NCBI GenBank assembly: GCA_050230475.1
Contig: JBFLGF010000140.1
Coordinates: forward strand, 62,001-87,132
Length of the DNA stretch: 25,132 nt
Origin: Ancylonema sp.
Taxonomy: Eukaryota
Direction of reading: 5' to 3'
The position numbers and the translations under genes are program-made. The notes under the pieces were generated by a model. The model searched no databases and had not been told where the DNA came from. It saw nothing but the letters and a program-made list of their open reading frames with translations. Positions 10,811 to 21,867 of this stretch are shown here, in pieces (positions within the stretch are counted from its first letter, which is position 1; the number at the start of each line of letters is the position of its first letter).

Positions 10811-12127
10811 CTACACAATAAAAACAGCAATGTACACAACATTAGGCTTGATGATTAGTGCTCCCTTGACTCCAGTGGATAAACAACGGACACGCCTTAA
10901 GATAAAGAATCATGAAGGCTAAGGTTTGGGTTCAGATTTAGGTCTAGGTTGAGGTTTCATAAGAATGGCATTATGGGAGGGTAACTTATCAACTCGTCTA
11001 AAGCTACAAATCGGTTACCACCCCCGCTTTTGAAGTGCGTGGCTCTCCCCCACCTTTGTGCCCTCGCCGCTTCAAGCTGCCATACATAGACAAAAATAGG
11101 ATGTGACATGATATTACGGTAAAAAACGAGTTGGCCGTTCTAGGCACATAAAATTTCCAAGATGCCTTTGGCAAGTGACTTAAAGTTATGCATGGATTAG
11201 ATGACTCACGTAAATAACAACAACCGGATAACGTCTTACAAGTTAATAGACACTCTCGTGTCCTACTTCGTTTTGAGGATGCTCTTATCACTCAAACTAC
11301 TTCTTCGGATGCACTTTGTGCTGGGAGCGCACCGGGAGCCCAAAATGCTGCATTCAAATCGGAGGCACACAAAATAAGAATCGCTTTCCACTTTTCGTCC
11401 GCCCCAATCCTAGTCTCCGACCTCTTACTCCATACCACCATGACACCTCTCCTCTGTGAAACCGTCTGTGTTACAAGTTTGTATTATACACCTCAAGTTT
11501 ATGAGGCATGACGCAACACGAGGACCTGATAATTTATGCGACGCAACACGAGGGAGACCACAGAGTTTATGCATGTGGAAGTCTCTCTCGTGGTGTTACT
11601 AAAGCTGGTTGCATAAGAAAGCTGGCAGGGGAGGTGAGTACCTAGGCGGGAGCAGGACACAAATCATTGGCATCGCATCCATTTTCCAGTTGGGATTTGC
11701 AAACCCCCGTAGACCGGATTCAGGAAGGCAGGAAGCGCGAAGCCAAAGGGCTTAGGACTGGGTTTCTTGCTTGTCAGGGACCAACTCGTTGGCAAGCTGG
11801 ATAACCAAGAAGCGCATCCAAGAAGCTTCCAGTGTATGGATGCGCTGCCCCGTCCGCCGTATGCTTCTTATCAAAATGAGGGGGAGCTAGGGACACGATA
11901 CCGCACGTAGACGGAAGAATCGGGGACCGCGGGGAGGCGACGGAGGAAACGGGGGACACGGGCGACAAGCTATGGGAAGCGTGATCGGGGAGCCTGCGAG
12001 CCCCGGAGATCGCAGGCTCCGAGCCCATGATTCTGATCTTGTTCGCCGACGGGTTCGGAGGCCGACGGGCTGGCGATTTGGGCTCAAAAGACTCTGGGCT
12101 TCTACGAGCTCGTGGCAACGGCTCCGT

Positions 12128-12185
12128 CGGGCTCGGACGGGCTCGGACGGGTGCGGACGGGCTCAAACGGGCTCTGAAGGGCTCG
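12128..12185. repeat. 10-bp tandem repeat (CGGGCTCGGA), ~6 degenerate copies
   Basis: Read directly from the sequence. Confidence 0.8.
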
Positions 12186-13510
12186 TTTGGATTCATCTTC
12201 TGGTTGGAATATTATCTTCAGATTCGACAAAATGGTTCAAACTTCCGTGATATTACTCGAGAAAACCCAAAAAAGTTTGTTGGAGGCTACAGTAAAGCCT
12301 GTCTGAATTAATATTGTCTTAATAAATAACCTGTCTTCATTGATATTTGAATGTCTACCTTGGCTTCTTCGCACCATGCTTGTTTTAAAACACGGATCTC
12401 CTCGCGTATTATATCTTTGGTTGGCATGTTGGTGTAGTTCATATTTTTTAGGTACGCGAGGTTTGACGGTAGTCAAGTTATCTCGCTCCATGAAGGTGAG
12501 GCAAGGTTCACGTTCTTGTGGGTCCTCCCATGTAAGGCGGTGTATTTCCGTTCCTGCGCGTAAATCGAGAAAAGTGGAGGGGACACATGTAGGCAAACAG
12601 CACCGGCACCTCAGAATCACCTGTAACACCTGAAATATTACAGAGGGAATTCGCCCATATACCCATTACTCCTTACTTTCAGATTCTATAAGAAGCCGCA
12701 AGTAAGGAGTGAGGAGTGTTTATCACGTGGAGTGAATCGTGAGTATAAGGTTGTGGGCATATAAAACAAGATTGCACGGATTGGCAAGATTTGATTTTCG
12801 GACCGCGGTCGGAGCCGGGATCTTTTAGGGTTTTTCGGCTTCCAAATTTTCCGCGGGGAAAAAGGGTTGTTTTTTCTCCCTCTACCTCACTCGTGTGATA
12901 CATATGTGTCATCTGTGGCTTGCGTATTTTTAACAAATTTTTTAAAAAAAAACTTGATAAATTAGCATGCTCATATCCCACCGTCCATTGATTGCGATGG
13001 TCGATTTCAAGTTGACAAAATGGTGGGAATTCGGAATAAAAAGTGACCCTCCGATAGCATGTAATCGAAGGGGGTGACGTTCTTCATAGTTGCCTAAGCC
13101 GAAATTTATAGGTCTGAAAAACAAATTTCCGTGCTTGGTCATTTCAAAAAGCACCACATCAACTCATCACATAGGCAAACTACACTGGCACCTCTATAAC
13201 AACTACGGCACCTTGAATAATAGAGAATGGATTTATCCATTTATTTATGTAAACTATGAAAATGAGGAATGAGAAGTAAATTAAAGGTGGATTGAAGAGA
13301 TAATATAAGGCTGCGGTCGTAGAAAGCAAATCCATGATAGAAACTATTCGATAAGGGTGTTTCCCCCCCCCCTTTTTTTCATTATTTTTCATTTTTATAA
13401 TCGATTTCCTGATATCTTTGCTCGACATCATGTATTGTTTTCCCTCACATATACATCATGTCATAAGATCATACCAAGAATTGGGACAAAGAAAAAATAA
13501 TTTTAAAAAA

Positions 13511-13546
<36 letters not shown>

Positions 13547-13936
13547 AAAAGGAAAAAAAAGGCGTATTTTTAACCATTCCAATTGACCTAGAGCATTTCC
13601 CCAAGTGATTTACCAGTACTTGGTAAAATACGCTATATGCTGTGAAGCATTCCAGGCTTTCGATACTGATTGGTTGTGTCAAACTATTTTTTTGGCGTTT
13701 CCTAACGATATAAAATATAATAGAATTCGCGAAAAAAATGTTTAATATCTTTTCTTCTCCACGGAAAATTCCTTCACGAAATGCTCCTTCACAGAAAACT
13801 CTCAAAACCACATATAACCCTTAACAACTTTTAGAAAGACGCATTTTATTAAAGCACGATGGGAACCCCATCTGAGTACAACACCAACGTTATTGTACCA
13901 ACCTAACGGAACAGAAGAAGGAAAACAACCCCACCC

Positions 13937-15219
13937 CTAAAACACTCGAGCAACAATCCTTAACTCTGCTGACGACAATAACACCCGCGGAGTGGGGGGG
14001 GGTAACATAGCCATACCCTCTTCCAATCGCAACGTCCTAGCATGGATTGCATGTGCTAGAGAACGTTGTAAAGCAATAGAAACTCTCTGCCGAAACCAAG
14101 TAACTAACAAACTAACATTCCGCCCCGATCGCCCATTCAGTTGCGCCGCACGGTGAACACAATCCACCAATAACCGATTGCTTGCATCGGAAAGCGCACC
14201 GTACGTCTCTAACGCAAACAAGATAAACTTGGTCCCTGCCGCGCGATCACGATAGTGAGTTTCTTTGCGCCGTTTTGCATCTTCTGCGGCCACCAACCCT
14301 TGACAAGCCGCGCAATCCACCAAGTCACGCCGCGTGGGGTCAGCAATGACCATATCCACCAAAATATGCCCCTCCACCAAATCCGAAATAACAATATCCA
14401 CTCGGCCCCCACGACCGCCAGGAGCGGAAGACGGAAGAAACCCCGTACGTTCACGTTGAACATGTTGACCCGACTCGCGGAGGATGTGATATACGGAATC
14501 TCGCACCGAGTCATGAGATGAAGTGCGCTCCACCCCTCGACTGCAGCGCATAAGATGCGTACCCAGGGCGTCCATAGAGTTGCCGCACGTGCACGTATCA
14601 TAGGTAGCAAGGCAAGGGTGGGGAAACCCGAGGCGCAGGCGCACGGCAGTAAGGAATAGGGGAGGGGGGATACGAAGGGAGGGAATGATGGGGGACGCCA
14701 CCGGATCCACTAGCGGACCGAAGCCTCGCCCTGGATGTCGCGAGATCGGTGCTCGTCTAAAGGAATACTGTCGCTCGCCACAAGCACCTCAAACGCAGCA
14801 GCGTGGGTAGCATCAAGAAGTGTCGATTGCAAGTGAGGAACAGAATCCACGGCCAAGGTGGCATATGGAGGCAGTGCCGCGCGAGCTGTTCGGTGAAGAA
14901 GCTCTCGCGCTTCTCGAAGCACGATCTGTGTTCGTAGACCTCCCTCGTCCACAGTGCTGAAAAACGGGCCGAAAACCGTGCTGCTGGAAAGCTGATGCGA
15001 GTGCAGGCGCGGCGAGAGCATAAGAGCCAATAAAAGCAACTGGGGCAAGAACCCGAGTTACAACCAAACCCACGCCCCCCCCGGCGATCGGCAAACAAGC
15101 TTGCGACAAACCAATATGGTCCGAAGTGCACCCAACCACCCCGCCCAATAGATCTGCCTCTACAACCCTCCACAGCGTCGCATCGTACTCCCCGAGCGGG
15201 TGGAGAAAGGAAGAGGTAG
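13937..15219 (-). pseudogene. CRE-like element ORF, C-terminal part (thumb, CCHC knuckle, RLE endonuclease), frameshifted
   Basis: ORF pieces 14813..15430 (LINE-derived part up to 15219), 14710..15048 and 13937..14710. Confidence 0.8.
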
Positions 15220-15670
15220 TGTTAGGGACGGATGCAAAAGACGTCCCTAGCAAGCAAGTTGCAATATGCACAGAAGTGGAAAGGTGGCGAAATGCCGGAT
15301 AGGACGAGATGGCATGAGCCGATGGAAATGGTGGTGAAATAATCGGGAGTGCAAGTACATGAGTTGATAGGAATGCTCTAAAGGCATTCCTATCGACTAG
15401 ATATAGGAACTGGCTAAAGTCTGAATTCACGACTACAAGTGGGATAACTCACTCTCAATATGATAAGGACACATCAAGTCTGGCTAACGGCACAACTTCC
15501 GAAGCTAAGGACACATCAGAATACTCCCTAGGGGCCAGGCGGCCGCTAGGGAACAACTCCCACTCTATAGGGACAGAACTCGCTATAGGGAAACTGAGCT
15601 AGTAGCGCTCTAGCGCTAAGTGTGGAGACCTCGCTAAGGAGCCCTAGTGACTGTAGCGAGGGTCCTAACA
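15220..15670 (-). repeat. 3' LTR of the gypsy element (451 bp)
   Basis: Direct repeat of 20334-20785, adjacent to the PPT. Confidence 0.95.
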
Positions 15671-15681
15671 GTACCCCCCCC

Positions 15682-18600
15682 TCAAGGCGCGCGGAACGAT
15701 GAGAGAGGCGGTGCAGGCCGAGCGGGAAACGGGGCATGGAAATCTGCGACCGCGTCCGCAGCATTTTCCATGTTGTCGACAGGTTCCCAAGAATGCTCCG
15801 ATTCATCGTACCCGACCCAGTCGACGAGGTAAAAGAGCTGGCCTCGCACGATCTTGGAATCCAGTACTGTGGCCACCTCATGTTGTGGCGCGCCGTCCAC
15901 AACGACCGGAGGTGGAGGCGCCACAACACGAACCGGGAATGTGTTGGTATGGTACGGCTCGAGGAGGCTGACGTGGAAGACCGGATGGATTTTCACAGAG
16001 GACGGCAGCTCCAAGCGATACGACGAGGTGCCAATCTGGCCAAGCACCGGGACAGGACCCAGACGACGGACATCCAGTTTCGACGAAGGACGAGTGGATC
16101 CGACGTGGCGCCGGGACAGCCATACTTTCTGACCAGGCGAAAACATCGGAGCCGATTTGCGCTTCCGATTGGCCGAAGTTTCCATCGCCCGCTGGGATTT
16201 GCGAAGCGCTGACTGGAGGAAATCTTGGGTGCCGTGGATCGTTTTGACATAATCGTCGGCTGCGGGGTTGGGGGAATTGGGGGAGGGGGAGAGCAGCGAC
16301 ATCTGCGGGTGGAAGCCGTAGTTGGCAAAAAACGGGGATAGGGTGGTGGCGGAGTGCTTGGAGTTGTTGTAAGCGAACTCCGCCAGCGGCAGAAGTTGAG
16401 ACCAATCGGATTGTTGGTAATCAGTGTAGATTCGCAGATATTGCTCGAGAACCGAATTCAAGCGCTCCGTCTGCCCGTCCGTTTGCCGGTGAAAAGCAGA
16501 GGAGGCGGTTGGCCCGGACACCGAGCAGCTCCAACAGCCGGCGCCAAAAGTGGCTGGTGAAGATGGGATCCCGGTCGGAGATGAGGCTGCTGGGCAACCC
16601 ATGCAGGCGCACCACTTGCTGCTCGAAAAGCGTTGCGACCTCAGGAGCCGCCATGGCCTTGGTGGTAGGGATGAAGTGGGCCTGCTTCGTCAGCCGGTCG
16701 ACGACCACTAGAATTGCGTCGTGGTAGTCGCTACGGGAAAGATCCGTTATCCAGTCGAGAGAGACACTGGTCCAAGGCTGGGTAGGGATTGGTAGGGGAG
16801 ACAACAGTCCGTAGGACGCATGGCGCACCGGCTTGTTCCGGGCGCAGATGTCGCACTACGCACGTATTCTTCCAGTGCCTTCGATAGGCCAGGCCAGTGG
16901 AAGTACTGCGCCACCTGCGCGTGCGTGCGGGCACTGCCGAAGTGGCCTGCCATAAGGTGCGTCGTGGTACTGTGTCAGGATAGAGAGGATAAGGGTTGCC
17001 GCGGTACGGGGATAGCGAGGCGGCTGCGATGGGAGAGAAGGCCGTCTTGTAGGGTGTAGGGGAATTGGGACTCGCCTGCAGTGCGACTCGGGTTGGATTC
17101 CCGAGCGGGTCCGGGTTGTAGGGACGTAGCTAAGCGTGGAGGGTTGGGTCGGCTAGCTGAGCAGCGCGAATGGCTGGGAGGATAGGGTCGTTAGGTGCGA
17201 GGAAGATAGCTGCAGCACGCACCGGGGGAACTGGTAGAAGAGCTGGTGGTGGAAGGACTGGGTGGGGGGATGTGGCTGGCAGCAGATAGTCAGGTTTGCG
17301 GGAAAGGGCGTCCGGCTTGCCATTGCTGGACCCCTTCCTGTAGACTATAGTGAAGTCGTAGGCTGCCAGCGTCTCGGCCCACCGCGCATGCCTGCGGGAT
17401 GTAGTTCTAGCGGCCTGGAAGTACTCTAGGTTCTTATGGTCGGTGTAGACGACGATAGGGTGGGCCGCGCCTTCCAGGTAGACTCGCCATTGGCGAAAGG
17501 CAGCCACGATGGCGAGCAGCTCTTTGTCGTAGATAGGATAATTGAGTTCGGCTGGGATGAACTTCCGGGAGTAGTATGCTACGGGGTGGAGCTCGCCGCT
17601 GGGATCTGGCTGCGACAGGACGCAGCCGAGGCCGAAGTCGGAGGCGTCTGCTTCGATGGTAAGCGGCTGCAGCGGTTGGAAATGTTGCAGGACGGGAGCT
17701 GAGGTGAAGGCCAGCTTTTCAGGGATTGGAAAGCTTCCTCCGCCTCAGTTGTCCAACAAAATGTTGCTCCCTTCCGAGTTAATGAGGTAAGGGGGCACGC
17801 CACCGTAGAATACCCGTTAATGAAACGTGTGTAGAAGTTAGCAAAGCCGAGAAAGGACTGGACCTCCTTGACTGACTTGGGTTTTGGCCAGTCAAGGAGA
17901 GATGCCACTTTCTCGGGATCCATACCCACGCCGGCTGGGGATACCCGGTAGCCGAGAAAGTCAATAGTGTCTGTTGAACTGACACTTCTCGATCTTAGCA
18001 TAGAGGTGGTTCTCGCGTAGGATTGCCAGGTTAGCACGGACGTGGGGTACATGTTCGGCAGGGGAGGGGGGGTAGATGATCATGTCATCGAGGAGATTTG
18101 CTAGGAAGACGTCGAGAGGCTCGCGAAACACGTCGTTAATGAAGGAATGAAAGGCTGCCGGAGCATTGGTTGGTAGGCCCGAAAGGGCTGACCTAGTACT
18201 CGTAGTGGCCGTAGCGGCAGCGGAATGCAGTCTTGTACTCATCCCCCTCTTTGACGCGCAGCTGGTGATAAGCGTTGCGGAGGTCTATCTTGGTTGAAGA
18301 TCGTGGCGGAGTTGAGGCGGTCCAGCAGCTCAGGTATGAGGGGTAAAGCAGCGATTTTTCACCGTGACTCCTGCATTGAGCTTGCGGTAGTCCACGCACA
18401 ACCTGAGTTTGCCATCAGGCTTTTTGATGAACATAACCGGTGCTCCACCCGGGCTGGTTGACGGCCGGATGAAGCCATTCGCCAAGTTGTCCGTGATGTA
18501 CGTTTTGAGAGTGGCCAGCTCTGACAAGGTATATATCGCCCCCCAGGGGGGTTCCTTGCCTGGTAGGAGGGGGATCTGTAAGTCGTAGGACCTGTGGGGT

Positions 18601-19241
18601 GGAAGGGTGTTTGCAGCCTCCTCGGAGAACACATCTGCGAAGTCGTGGTACTCGGGAGGGAGCTTGGCTAACATGGCGGGATATGGAGGGAGTCGCACAG
18701 CGTTCAAAACTGCAGGTTTGGGCTGGGTATAGGGAGGGGAAAGGGGGGGGGGGGAGGGGGAAGGGGAAGTACTGGACAGCAGGCACTGAGCAGCACAGTG
18801 TGGACTGGTGAGGGACAGGGTGTCTGACCGCCAGTCTATGTTGGGGTTGTGCTGGTGCAGCCAGGGGAAACCCAGGACGACTGGGCACTGCGCCAGTCGG
18901 GTGACGTCCAAGGTAATGGTTTATGTGTGGTCGCCTGGGGATCGGAGTTGTGCTGAGAAGTAGCAGGTAATGGGGCCAGCAGCTGGAGGGCTGCCATCAA
19001 TAAGCTCGACCGGGAAAGGCTAGGGATGGGGGTGGGTGGGTAGATTGTTGTCTGCCAGGATCTGGGGGTCTATGAAGTTGCCTGACGCCCCAGAGTCGAT
19101 CAGCACGCGGACAGGTATGGGTGGGAGGGGGTAACGGAACTGGCAGGCCAACAGGAGCTGGCGGGGGTGGGGAAAGGGGGAGGGTAGGGAAAGGGGACCC
19201 GCACAGATTCCTCCTAGGACTGTGTGGGGTGGTCGTTTTTT
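15682..19241 (-). pseudogene. pol: pol (protease, reverse transcriptase, RNase H, integrase, chromodomain), multiply frameshifted
   Basis: [65 protein letters not shown]...[52 protein letters not shown]; chromodomain HEVATVLDSK...YLVDWVGYDESEHSWEPVDNM. Confidence 0.93.
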
Positions 19242-20238
19242 GACTCTGAGTGCTGCAGATCCAGGAAGCACACGGTGCGTCCCTTGCCCTTGTTGGGACA
19301 AGTTCTGTTGTCATGGCCTGGCAGACCAGAGTAGTGGCACAGGTGGCCAGCCACATGGCGAGCCATTTCCGCTGGTTCCACTTGCAGTGCTGGCGGCCGG
19401 TTCCATCGATGTCCATGGGGACGATCTGCAGGTGAGAGGGCACCTACTAGGGAAACTGATCTGCAGCTCTGGCTGGCTTGGGGGGGAATGTATGCAGGTT
19501 TGGAGGGTCGGTCGAGACTGCTGGCATCCATGCTGTTCTCCACCTTCTTGACAAAGGTAACGTACGCTGAAAAGGTTTCACGAGGGTCTTGCACCTTGAA
19601 AATTTATCGACGGAGCTCCGGTTTAAGTTTCTCGAAGAAGGTATAGATGCTCGGGTGGTCAGGCCATGGGGGGAAGGTCTTAACAATAGCCCTGAACTGG
19701 AGAGTGAAGTCTGACACTGAACCGGTTGGTCTGAGTTCGCGCAGGTGTCGTTCCTTGGTGAGTCGGGTATCGCCCTCCCCGAAACAGTCTTGGAGATCCG
19801 TCAGCAGTTGAACTGCGCCAAAACCGTCCGGGAGGTCTCCTTGTCGTGAGGTAGTTAGAGAACCAGTCGTAGGCAAGGCCAGTTAGTAGAGTGGCCACGT
19901 AGTGGACAATCTGAACAGGATTGTGGAACCGCTTAGGTGCCAGCCTGAGCATAGACCGGACCCGGTGGCGGAATGTAGCGACATCTTCGGAGGTCCCATT
20001 AAATGTAGGAGGGTCAGATGGAACCAGATCTTTGAGTGTAGGGATAGGCTGGTATTCTGAAGTGGCTGGATCGCTTGCAAAAGCCATGTAATTTGATTCA
20101 TAAGCAAACTGGTCCGAAAGTTCTGTAAATTTGCCTTTGATGTCTCTATTTTCCTCCGCCAAAACTCTGAATTTTTCATATTGAGAATGTTGCATCGGAC
20201 GTAAATGCCATGACTTCCTCTAAATTGGGAGAAGACAT
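19214..20238 (-). pseudogene. gag: gag (capsid and zinc knuckle), frameshifted
   Basis: PPTFNGT...YVATLLTGLAYDWF, LRELRPTGSVSDFTLQF, knuckle CHYSGLPGHDNRTCP; ATG at 20238, TAG at 19214-19216. Confidence 0.88.
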
Positions 20239-20333
20239 AGTTGAATAGGTAGGAGATGAAAAAAAGGGAGGCGGCTGAATGAAGTTCAGATTCAGGATAT
20301 CCTTAAAAAAAACTTCAAAGATTCCTATCAAAG

Positions 20334-20785
20334 TGTTAGGGACGGATGCAAAAGGCGTCCCTAGCAAGCAAGTTGCAATATGCACACAAGTGGAAAGGTG
20401 GCGAAATATGCCGGATAGGACGAGAGATGACATGATCCGATAGAAATGGTGGTGAAATAATCGGGAGCGCAAGTACATGAGTTGATAGGAATGCGCTACA
20501 GGCATTCCTATCGACTAGATATAGGAACTGGCTAAAGTCTGAACCACGACTACAAGTGGGATAACTCACTCTAAATATGATAAGGACACATCAATCTGCT
20601 AACGGCACAACTGCCGAAGCTGCTAAGGACACAGAAGTACTCCCTAGGGGCCAGGCGGCCGCTAGGGACACAACTCCCATCTTAGGGACAGAACTCGCTA
20701 AGAGGAAACTGAGCCAGTAGCGCTCTAGCGCTAAGTGTGGGGACCTCGCTAAGGAGCCCTAGTGACTGTAGCGAGGGTCCTAACA
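20334..20785 (-). repeat. 5' LTR of the gypsy element (452 bp)
   Basis: Direct repeat of 15220-15670; followed on the minus strand by a non-tRNA PBS at 20331-20321. Confidence 0.95.
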
Positions 20786-21430
20786 CGTAGGGTGGCAAGT
20801 ACGCAGCAGATATGATGGTCGAGCAGCAAACACCTGCGTAAGTAGGCGGAGGGCCATTTGCGGATCCTCAAGGAGGCATAATTGTTGAAGACCCCGCGTA
20901 TCTTCCGCCAACGCAGCTGCCAAGAAGCCTTGCACAAACTCGTTCGTCCCAAAAGGCGCCCCCAACACACGAATGCCATCTGTAGCATAAGAGCACCCCT
21001 CCGGAAGAATCGGAAACACCTCCCGACCAGACGGTGACCACGCCACACACTTGGATGACTGCACGGAAAGGCCGAGTTTTTCGAGCTCCTCCACAAAAAA
21101 CTTAAAAGCCTCCACCACACGGGGAGGGGACCCCACGATATGGGTGTCATCTGTAATTGAAGGAAAGGCGCAGTCCGGAAATGCCGCTGCGGTGGATCGA
21201 AGAGCCTGCTGGTGTCCGACGGCGAACAATACCCCTCCAAGGGGATCCCCCAGACGAGTCCCGGTCGAAGACGCCAACTCCACTACCTCCTCCCCCCCCG
21301 CCAGATCACGAGCACGGAAGAATAGGGGGGAAGACCCCCCATAAAAAGCTCGCACAAACGGGAACAAACTACTCAACCCCCCCCCCGAATCACGAAGCTC
21401 CTCAAAGAACGCCTGGCGGCTGATGGTGTT
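20786..21430 (-). pseudogene. CRE-like element ORF, central RT segment
   Basis: ORF 20780..21442: NTISRQAFFEEL...GTRLGDPLGGVLFA...FPSITDDTHIVG...GIRVLGAPFG...YLLRTCHPT. Confidence 0.85.
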
Positions 21431-21455
21431 CCTGTATGACACCCCAAGATGGACG

Positions 21456-21867
21456 CGTTAGACCCGGGAGGGGAATGGATCTAGTTTGATGAACACTCAC
21501 AAAGGGGAATGACACGATGGGAAAAGTGTATAAAAGTATGTGAGTACATGAGATGTTAGGAGTCTAGATCCTCAATCCTAACTCGAACTATATAGTGAAA
21601 TCTCGGCTAGCGACTTCACTACAAATGTGGGACAATGAGTATCGCTCTAAACGAACAACTGAAGGTCGCATACAAGAACTAGTCGCTATAAACGGATCAA
21701 CACTCGATATAACAATAGCGAAACTCTAACAAGGGCTCTAGCTCTCCCTAGAGCGACCCAAGTTCGCGGTTACAAGAACACACACTCGCTACTAGCACAC
21801 TAGGCTAGTAGCGCTAGGTTAGGGAACTCGCTAAGGAGCCCTAGGGACTATAGCGAGGGTCCTAACA
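21456..21867 (-). mobile_element. Solo LTR (~412 bp) of a sister chromovirus family, inserted in the CRE-like RT
   Basis: Ends (C)GTTAG...CCTAACA. The terminal 41 bp (21827-21867) are 39/41 identical to 20745-20785; the rest is divergent but colinear (AGTACATGAG, TATA, CTACAA.TG.GG.AC blocks). Confidence 0.85.

Larger units (their letters stand above)
15220..20785 (-). mobile_element. Full-length Ty3/gypsy chromovirus (Tcn1/Tf1-sushi-like) LTR retrotransposon
   Basis: LTRs 15220-15670 and 20334-20785 (TGTTAG...CTAACA); 5-bp TSD GGTAG/CGTAG with one mismatch; PPT GAGGGGGGGG just inside the 3' LTR; domain order gag-PR-RT-RH-IN-chromodomain. Confidence 0.95.

Noticed and set aside
10920..10958. 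Interstitial telomeric repeat
   Set aside because: Only degenerate TTTAGG/TTTGGG-like words; no true TTTAGGG array.
11774..12633. Overlapping ORFs of 66-140 aa
   Set aside because: They arise from GC-rich low-complexity sequence and the 10-bp repeat; no recognisable domain, although decayed coding sequence cannot be excluded.
13517..13560. Poly(A) run as the tail of the CRE-like element
   Set aside because: It is on the wrong strand for a minus-strand element and ~290 bp beyond the AATAAA; no TSD.
14813..15430. 205-aa ORF as an independent gene
   Set aside because: It is a chimera of gypsy 3' LTR sequence and the interrupted CRE-like ORF.
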